A stretch of 46,575 bases of DNA from Gammaproteobacteria bacterium (GTDB lineage Bacteria > Pseudomonadota > Gammaproteobacteria > Eutrophobiales > Eutrophobiaceae): positions 1 to 46,575 of the forward strand of contig JBCKWF010000001.1 in NCBI GenBank assembly GCA_038922895.1. Direction: 5' to 3'. A program made the translations under genes and the position numbers. Of this stretch, positions 37,543 through 46,575 are shown in pieces. The number at the start of each line of letters is the position of its first letter. The first letter of the stretch is position 1. The notes below the pieces were generated by a model. That model searched no databases. It had not been told where the DNA came from and saw only the letters and a program-made list of their open reading frames with translations.

Positions 37543-38796
37543 GTGTTAGAAAAACTGGTCAAAACATTCACATATATGGTTATTGCTGCGACATTTTCAA
37601 TTGTACCGTCCCAGGTCTATGCGGCTAACAGTGCCTTACTGGAGCTGATACAGATATTGAAAAACAAGGGCAGTATTAGCGATGAGGAATATCAATTGCT
37701 GCAAAAGGCCGCAGCAGAGGACAATCAACAACCGTCGGTAAGCACCCAGAATGAACTTGTAATAAAACCGGAAACGGAGTCTGCAGTTGTTGAGGTAAAG
37801 CCGGCCAGTTCCAGTTGGACCGAGAATGTTTCAATAAAAAGCGATATACGCTTGCGCTATCAGAACGAACAGGAGGGTCCGGGCACAGGTCGGGATCGTG
37901 ATCGAATACGTTACCGGTTAGGAGTTACTGCCCGGCCAACAGCCGGCTGGGAAGTCGGTGGGGGTCTGGCAAGCGGCGATAAACCTGATGGACGTTCAAC
38001 CAACCAGTCCTTTACCGACTCGTTCACCAAGAAATTGGTCAGTCTCGATTATGCTTACGCCCAGTATAAATTTAATGACCGGCTGGCACTGATAGCCGGC
38101 AAATTCAGGGCACCAGCCTACCTGTATATGGTCTCCGACCTGTTGTGGGATACCGATATCAATCCGGAAGGCGTCTCCGTCAGTTTCAATCATAAATCGG
38201 ACCTCGGCTCTACGTTCGCCAACAGCGGCATGTGGGTACTCGGGGAAAAAAGCACATCCGCCAAGGATCCCTATATGGCTTACCTGCAACTTGGCCAGAC
38301 CTTTTCTGCCGATAATCTGTTCGGGACTGTGGTCGGCACCTATTATACCTTTGAAGATATCACTGCGCTGAATGACTTCCCGACTACCGGTTCTAACACG
38401 GATTTTCATTTCGGTGGCATCTACTCACTCGCGGGTGAAATTGGCATTACCGGTTTGCTTGTCGATCAGACGAGATTCAGCCTTGTGGGTGACTGGATCA
38501 AGAATGCTGACACCAACACGGACGCAGATAATGGTTACCTGATCGGTCTGAAGACAGCTTATCGACTCTGGTCATTCAGGTATAACTACGTCAACCTTGA
38601 GCACAATGCCTGGCCTGATATTTTCCCGGACGCGGACCGTTATTCAGGATTTACCGGCATCCGCGGCCATGAATTTATATTTGAATATGAGATCATGAAA
38701 AATGTGTTGCTCGGGCTTGATTACTATATGTCCGAAAAGATTTTGACAGATACCGATCAGGATCTGCTCCAGGTCGATCTAAACGTCAGGTTCTAG
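37543..38796 (+). CDS. outer-membrane beta-barrel porin, probably Pho-regulated (exact porin family not resolved by eye)
   Basis: Signal peptide ...MVIAATFSIVPSQVYA|AN, alternating beta-strand pattern, and C-terminal ...VDLNVRF. A GTG at 37543 follows a GGGAGA SD. The ATG at 37483 used in the ORF track lies inside the Pho box. Confidence 0.75.
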   Translation: MLEKLVKTFTYMVIAATFSIVPSQVYAANSALLELIQILKNKGSISDEEYQLLQKAAAEDNQQPSVSTQNELVIKPETESAVVEVKPASSSWTENVSIKSDIRLRYQNEQEGPGTGRDRDRIRYRLGVTARPTAGWEVGGGLASGDKPDGRSTNQSFTDSFTKKLVSLDYAYAQYKFNDRLALIAGKFRAPAYLYMVSDLLWDTDINPEGVSVSFNHKSDLGSTFANSGMWVLGEKSTSAKDPYMAYLQLGQTFSADNLFGTVVGTYYTFEDITALNDFPTTGSNTDFHFGGIYSLAGEIGITGLLVDQTRFSLVGDWIKNADTNTDADNGYLIGLKTAYRLWSFRYNYVNLEHNAWPDIFPDADRYSGFTGIRGHEFIFEYEIMKNVLLGLDYYMSEKILTDTDQDLLQVDLNVRF

Positions 38797-38823
38797 ACCG
38801 CTACAATTCTGTCTGACATAACA

Positions 38824-38839
38824 GCCCGGGCGCCCGGGC
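38824..38839 (+). terminator. GC-rich hairpin downstream of the porin gene (weak terminator candidate)
   Basis: gcccgg-gcgc-ccgggc stem-loop. The only T-run (tttt) is about 17 nt further on, so this is not a canonical intrinsic terminator. Confidence 0.3.
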
Positions 38840-38947
38840 GCTGTCAGCATCCCCCTTTTGAGGTATTTCCAATTCCGTGCGAATGTGTAATATCACTGTG
38901 CAGTTCAAGCAAATAATGGATTAACTGACACGAAAAGGAGATATGTT

Positions 38948-39223
38948 ATGGAAACCATCAAGAAATTTTTATTCATCACGCTGCTGGCATTCAGCCTGAC
39001 CCTGTCTGCCGCAGACCCCATCAACATCAATTCAGCTGACAAACAAACGCTGATGCTGGTCAAGGGTGTCGGCGAAAAACGCGCCGAGGCTATCATTGCC
39101 TGGCGGGAAAAGAACGGCCCGTTCAAGTCTGTCGATGACCTGATACAGGTTGAAGGTATCGGCCAGGCCACACTGGATACGAACCGGGAAATGCTGACTA
39201 TCGGCACAAGTACAGCGCAATAA
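38948..39223 (+). CDS. comEA: ComEA-family helix-hairpin-helix DNA-binding protein (secreted, 91 aa)
   Basis: Signal peptide, then INSADKQTLMLVKGVGEKRAEAIIAWREKNGPFKSVDDLIQVEGIG tandem HhH motifs. Confidence 0.85.
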   Translation: METIKKFLFITLLAFSLTLSAADPININSADKQTLMLVKGVGEKRAEAIIAWREKNGPFKSVDDLIQVEGIGQATLDTNREMLTIGTSTAQ

Positions 39224-39275
39224 AGCCACAACTGTTCCAGCTGTTCAGCTTGTAACTGAATAGCTGTCCTCCGAA

Positions 39276-39315
39276 ACGGGCCCGGACGATACCCTGCCTG
39301 GGCCCGTCTTTTTTT
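39276..39315 (+). terminator. rho-independent terminator after comEA
   Basis: Stem acgggccc (39276-39283) pairs with gggcccgt (39300-39307), followed by c-ttttttt. Confidence 0.75.
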
Positions 39316-39399
39316 GTCCCGTTACTGCTGCTTGCTTGTTCGCTGCAAGGGCACTGCTGTATCCTTGCACGCTGGAATTTCCCGATAGCACAGGAATAA

Positions 39400-42105
<2,706 letters not shown>

Positions 42106-42183
42106 CACCGGTATAATTTCCTTGTATGTTCCGCCCCATGATTTTATCCTGTGGTAATACATTTGAAGTTGCGAACTTTGGAA

Positions 42184-42681
42184 ATGAAACTGCAATTCTC
42201 TCTGCTACTGGCAGTATTACTGCTTACCTCATCCTGTGGCTTCCATCTGCGGGGCTCACAGGCTGTCACGACCACAGCAATCAATGGTATCGCCATCAGT
42301 GATGCAGCCGCTGCAGGTGTCGGCAACGAAGTCAGAACACTGCTGCAGACCCTGGGCAGCACCATTATTACAAATGCTGACGAGGCTGAATACAACCTGT
42401 ATCTGACAGATCAACTGCTGAATAAATCGGTACTGAGTGTCTCCGCTGTCACTGGCAAGGTCGAGCAATATCAACTGACCCTGACGGTAAGAATGACGGT
42501 AACCAATGCTGACCAGGAGGACCTTCTCTCCAGTCAGCAGATCCGCGTCACCCGTGATTATGCGTTTAATGACGCAGCGGTGCTTGGATCTGTGTCCGAA
42601 CAACGTGTACTCGAACAGGAAATGCTGCGTCAGGCGGCCTCGCAGATAGTCCGGCGCCTGAACGCGCTGGCAGGTAAATAA
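42184..42681 (+). CDS. lptE: LPS-assembly lipoprotein LptE
   Basis: Lipobox LLLTSS|CGFHLRG is typical of LptE, and the leuS-lptE-holA synteny fits. The start MKLQFSLLLAVL is at 42184. Confidence 0.88.
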   Translation: MKLQFSLLLAVLLLTSSCGFHLRGSQAVTTTAINGIAISDAAAAGVGNEVRTLLQTLGSTIITNADEAEYNLYLTDQLLNKSVLSVSAVTGKVEQYQLTLTVRMTVTNADQEDLLSSQQIRVTRDYAFNDAAVLGSVSEQRVLEQEMLRQAASQIVRRLNALAGK

Positions 42682-42696
42682 CGGTCCTGTTCCCAC

Positions 42697-43725
42697 ATGC
42701 GCCTTGGCATAGATCAATTGGCATCTCATCTGCAGCGCAGCGACCCTGCACCGGTGTATCTGCTCAGCGGGGACGAACCCTTACAAATGATGGAAGCGGC
42801 TGATCTGATACGCAGTAATGCCAGACGTGCCGGGGCCGAACGGACTGTTTTGTCAGTCGACAAGGGGTTCGAGTGGAACCAGATTGTGCAGGAAAGCGCC
42901 TCCATGTCCCTGTTTGCGAGCAAACGACTGCTGGAACTGCGCATGAATGATCAGTCGCCCGGGAAAGAAGGCAGCGAGGTGCTGACGGTGTATGCGGGCA
43001 ACCCCGCGCCGGACACAACGCTGCTGGTCAGTATGGAAAAACTGGACAAACGTAGTCAACAAAGTCGCTGGTTCAAGGCAATCGACCAGGCAGGTGTTAT
43101 CGTCCAGATCTGGCCGGTAGAACCCTCGCGTCTGCCCGACTGGATAATCCAGCGGCTCAGGCAGCAAGGCAAACGTATAGACAAGGCCGCCGCCTCACTG
43201 ATCGCACAGCGTACCGAAGGCAACCTGCTGGCCGCAAAACAGGAACTGGACAAGTTATGCCTGCTGACCGACCAGGACGAAATAACATTACAGCAGGTGC
43301 AGGACGGCGTGACTGACAGCACCCGCTATGGTGTGTTTATGCTGATAGAATATGCTTTACTCGGGGAAGGGGCGCGTATTGCCGCCATGATGAGGGGCCT
43401 GCGCCAGGAAGGTATCGAACCTATCGGGCTGTTTGGGGCTATAATGTGGGAACTGCGCAGACTCTGTGCGATATCCATGCAAATCAGCAACGGGGCCAGC
43501 AAGGACAAGGTGTACGCTGACTACAGGATCTGGAACCAGCGGCAGACCGCACTGAACAAGGTCCTGAACCGGCTGAATCGCCGCCAGCTGGAATCATTGC
43601 TTGCGGAGGCTGTACTGATAGACAGGTCGTTGAAGGGTGCGGTTAAACGTAACCCGTGGGAACTGATGGAAAGCTTGCTGTTCCGGTTTGCAGGCGTGGA
43701 CCTGCATCCCGGTATAAATAATTGA
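42697..43725 (+). CDS. holA: DNA polymerase III delta subunit
   Basis: 342 aa, with N-terminal PVYLLSGDEPL. Position after lptE fits the conserved order. Confidence 0.88.
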   Translation: MRLGIDQLASHLQRSDPAPVYLLSGDEPLQMMEAADLIRSNARRAGAERTVLSVDKGFEWNQIVQESASMSLFASKRLLELRMNDQSPGKEGSEVLTVYAGNPAPDTTLLVSMEKLDKRSQQSRWFKAIDQAGVIVQIWPVEPSRLPDWIIQRLRQQGKRIDKAAASLIAQRTEGNLLAAKQELDKLCLLTDQDEITLQQVQDGVTDSTRYGVFMLIEYALLGEGARIAAMMRGLRQEGIEPIGLFGAIMWELRRLCAISMQISNGASKDKVYADYRIWNQRQTALNKVLNRLNRRQLESLLAEAVLIDRSLKGAVKRNPWELMESLLFRFAGVDLHPGINN

Positions 43726-43788
43726 ACCAGACTGGCAGACCGGGCCAGACGCCATCAAAATATGCATTTGGCACTGGACACTGAATAT

Positions 43789-45045
43789 ATGAATGTAAAA
43801 CAATACATAACCGAAACCGGACAGCGGGCCCGGACCGCTGCACGCCTGATGGCGCAGGCACCAACCGCAGCAAAAGACCGCGCATTGGGGCTGATCGCGG
43901 AAATTATCCAGGCCGGCACAGCTGAACTGATGCAGGCAAACACCAGCGATCTGGAGGCGGCCAGAAAAGTCAATATCGAACCTGCAATGCTGGATCGGCT
44001 CGAACTGAACCCGTCCCGTATCAAGGCTATGGCGGACGGCCTTGTTCAGATTGCCGCGCTGACCGATCCAATCGGCGAGATCAGTGGCATGCATTACCGG
44101 CCGAGCGGTATCCAGGTCGGCAGGATGCGGGTACCGCTGGGTGTGGTCGGCATCATTTATGAATCAAGACCGAACGTGACCGCAGATGCTGCAGGTCTGT
44201 GTCTGAAATCCGGGAACGCGACCATACTGCGTGGTGGCTCGGAGGCGATTCATTCTAACCAGGCCATTGCTGCCTGCATCCGCAAAGGATTAAAACAGGC
44301 AGGACTGCCTGAAGATGCGGTACAGGTAATCGACACGACTGATCGCGAGGCGGTCGGCCTGCTGTTGCAAATGCCAGAATATGTCGATGTGATTATCCCC
44401 AGAGGTGGCAAGGGCCTGATCCAGCGGGTAAGCGAACAGGCACGCATGCCGGTAATCAAACATCTGGACGGTATTTGCCATGTCTATATTGATGACAGCG
44501 CCGACCTGAACAAGGCGATAGCTATCGCCTACAACGCGAAAACGCAGCGTTACGGTGTCTGTAATACAATGGAATGCCTGCTGGTGGCCGACTCCATCGC
44601 GATCACAGTGCTGCAAAGACTCGGCCCGATGTATCAAAAGGCCGGCGTGGAAATCCGTGGTTGTGAAAAATCCAGAAAGATCCTGCCAGGCATAAAGCTC
44701 GCGACAGAGCAGGATTATGCAACAGAATATCTAGCCCCGATCATGTCACTGAAAATAGTCAATGGTCTCGACCAGGCGCTCGAACATATTGACCGTTACG
44801 GTTCGAAACATACAGATGCTATCGTTACTGAAAACCTGGCGAATTCCCGCAGGTTTCTGGCTGAAGTCGATTCGAGCTCGGTCATGGTGAATGCCTCGAC
44901 CCGGTTTGCGGACGGCTTTGAATACGGCCTGGGTGCCGAGATCGGCATCAGCACCGACAAGTTTCATGCACGCGGACCGGTAGGTCTGGAAGGACTGACA
45001 TCGCAGAAGTATATCGTCATAGGTGACGGACATATAAGGAAATAG
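43789..45045 (+). CDS. proA: glutamate-5-semialdehyde dehydrogenase (gamma-glutamyl phosphate reductase)
   Basis: ALDH-fold ProA blocks [53 protein letters not shown]. Start MNVKQYI at 43789. Confidence 0.93.
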   Translation: MNVKQYITETGQRARTAARLMAQAPTAAKDRALGLIAEIIQAGTAELMQANTSDLEAARKVNIEPAMLDRLELNPSRIKAMADGLVQIAALTDPIGEISGMHYRPSGIQVGRMRVPLGVVGIIYESRPNVTADAAGLCLKSGNATILRGGSEAIHSNQAIAACIRKGLKQAGLPEDAVQVIDTTDREAVGLLLQMPEYVDVIIPRGGKGLIQRVSEQARMPVIKHLDGICHVYIDDSADLNKAIAIAYNAKTQRYGVCNTMECLLVADSIAITVLQRLGPMYQKAGVEIRGCEKSRKILPGIKLATEQDYATEYLAPIMSLKIVNGLDQALEHIDRYGSKHTDAIVTENLANSRRFLAEVDSSSVMVNASTRFADGFEYGLGAEIGISTDKFHARGPVGLEGLTSQKYIVIGDGHIRK

Positions 45046-45135
45046 CGATTGGCTACAGTCCGACATCCATGTTTGTACTTTTCTTTCCTGAACTCTTACG
45101 CTGGTCACCAGTCGCTAGTGGCTGGTCGCTGGTAA

Positions 45136-45786
45136 ATGATGAATTTGCCGATAGGTATACTTGGCGGCACTTTTGATCCGGTCCATTCCGGTCATTTGCG
45201 ACTCGCCATCGAATGCCTGCAGGCTGCAAATCTGGCTGAAGTAAACCTGGTCCCCTCGCACACACCCGCCCACCGCGGACCGGTACACGCGACACCGGAA
45301 CAACGGCTCAGCATGCTGCAGCTGGCAACCGAAAATATCGAAGGGCTGAAGGTTGATGATATCGAAATCCGGCGCGGCGGTACGTCCTGGACCATCGATA
45401 CTGTCAGCGAGTATCGCCGCAGACTCGGCGACAGGCCGCTATGTCTGATCATGGGCATGGATGCATTCCAGGGCCTGCACGGCTGGAAACAATGGGATTT
45501 GATTCCAGAGCGGGTTCATATTATTGTGGCGACCAGACCTGATATGAACACCGGTTTTGACCATAAACAGATTGCAGACCTGTACGCAGCCAGACACACC
45601 GACAATCCGGCAGACATCCAGACCACCCCGGCCGGAAGGATCCTGAAGGTCAACATCCCGACGCTAGCAATATCATCAACCAGGCTACGGTCGCTGATCA
45701 GTGCGGGACATAATCCTGCATACCTGCTGCCGGAAAAGGTAGTTTCATACATCCATAATGAAAAACTATATCTGAAAAAATCATGA
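45136..45786 (+). CDS. nadD: nicotinate-nucleotide adenylyltransferase
   Basis: GILGGTFDPVHSGH motif and ISSTRLR motif. 216 aa. Confidence 0.92.
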   Translation: MMNLPIGILGGTFDPVHSGHLRLAIECLQAANLAEVNLVPSHTPAHRGPVHATPEQRLSMLQLATENIEGLKVDDIEIRRGGTSWTIDTVSEYRRRLGDRPLCLIMGMDAFQGLHGWKQWDLIPERVHIIVATRPDMNTGFDHKQIADLYAARHTDNPADIQTTPAGRILKVNIPTLAISSTRLRSLISAGHNPAYLLPEKVVSYIHNEKLYLKKS

Positions 45787-46151
45787 CACCAAAAAAAGCA
45801 ACCGAAAAACTAATAGCAGCGCTCGAAGACATGAAGGCCGTCAATATCAATACGCTAGATGTCAGGAAACAGACATCTATCACTGACCTGATGATCATAG
45901 CCTGCGGCCGCTCAAACCGGCAGGTCAGGGCGATTGCAGACAAGATTATTGAAACAGCAAAACAGATCGGGCTGCCGTTACTCGGTATTGAAGGACAAAA
46001 AGATGCTGAATGGATACTCGTAGATCTGGGCGACTTTGTCATACACATCATGCAACCCCAAATCCGGGAATATTATCAACTTGAGAAACTCTGGACGCCG
46101 GCACCGAAAAAAAAGCGCGCCTCGAAGAAAAATCCGGACCCTGATGTGTGA
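45783..46151 (+). CDS. rsfS: ribosome silencing factor RsfS
   Basis: 122 aa, with TDLMIIACGRSNRQVRAIAD and VDLGDFVIHIMQPQIREYYQLEKLW. 4-nt overlap with nadD. Confidence 0.9.
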   Translation: MTPKKATEKLIAALEDMKAVNINTLDVRKQTSITDLMIIACGRSNRQVRAIADKIIETAKQIGLPLLGIEGQKDAEWILVDLGDFVIHIMQPQIREYYQLEKLWTPAPKKKRASKKNPDPDV

Positions 46152-46575
46152 TCCGGATTACCATTGTCGCCGTCGGAAAACGTATGCCGGACTGGATCCA
46201 GACCGGTTTTGCCGAATATAAAAAACGACTCTCGCACGAGATTAGTCTGGAACTGGTCGAGGTTACCCCGGCCAGACGCGGCAAAAATACCATTACTCAG
46301 AGACTACGTCAGCAGGAGGCCCATGCAATCCTGGACGCATTACCTGAAGGCAATCATGTCATTGCACTGGATGAAACCGGCAAGCGTCAAACCACACTGC
46401 AACTGTCCAACTGCATGCAAAACTGGATTGATCAGGGTGTGAATTCCAGCCTGATTATCGGAGGTGCTGACGGTCTGGATGAATCTGTACTCGCTGCAGC
46501 AAACCAACGCTGGTCATTATCCGACTACACGCTGCCACATGCGCTGATTCGTGTGGTTCTGGCAGAACAATTGTA
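46148..46575 (+). CDS. rlmH: 23S rRNA (pseudouridine1915-N3)-methyltransferase RlmH, 3' end outside the window
   Basis: Manual translation from the GTG at 46148 (GTGA overlap with the rsfS stop) gives VIRITIVAVGKRMPDWIQTGFAEYKKRLSHEISLELVEV...LIIGGADGL...LPHALIRVVLAEQL. It is absent from the ORF track because it has a GTG start and no stop in the window. Confidence 0.88.
   Translation, partial: MIRITIVAVGKRMPDWIQTGFAEYKKRLSHEISLELVEVTPARRGKNTITQRLRQQEAHAILDALPEGNHVIALDETGKRQTTLQLSNCMQNWIDQGVNSSLIIGGADGLDESVLAAANQRWSLSDYTLPHALIRVVLAEQL

Noticed and set aside
45107-45126. Imperfect 20-bp palindrome ACCAGTCGCT/AGTGGCTGGT 10 nt upstream of the nadD start, with nearby gctggtc repeats
   Set aside because: It matches only 8/10 and has no T-run, so it is not a terminator. 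I recognise no known operator motif, and a 7-bp stem this short could arise by chance. Noted but not promoted to a finding.

Overview
This window looks like a gammaproteobacterial chromosome segment, judged from the leuS-lptE-holA-proA-nadD-rsfS-rlmH and coaD-rsmD synteny. Most of it is ordinary core genome. The left part carries ggt, a yfhL-type ferredoxin, coaD, rsmD, an M16 peptidase pair and a SAM methyltransferase. A large phosphate and polyphosphate cluster follows: sixA, ppx, ppk1, phoU-pstB-pstA-pstC, then pstS-phoR-phoB and a divergent outer-membrane porin. I can read 11-bp-phased Pho-box arrays at the relevant promoters.

The phoBR-pstS and pstCAB-phoU halves lie on the same strand. 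They are separated by a complete 12-gene type II secretion operon (gspCDEFGHIJKLMN) and a roughly 3.7 kb accessory island that looks more AT-rich by eye. The island is the most unusual part of the window. It holds a rolling-circle Rep gene (filamentous-phage gpII/X, Phage_CRI type) split so that its C-terminal half lies upstream of its N-terminal half. Between the halves are two unknown cargo ORFs: a coiled-coil plus zinc-ribbon protein and a secreted protein bracketed by about 31-bp direct repeats. The N-terminal half ends at a decayed IS30-family element. This order fits a small circular replicon that was opened at an IS30 junction and captured in the chromosome.

A second IS (ISAzo13-like, with a frameshifted transposase, inverted repeats and a flanking duplication) sits at the left end of the window. 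I saw no rRNA, tRNA or CRISPR. All family assignments come from motif recognition by eye, and no database search was run.
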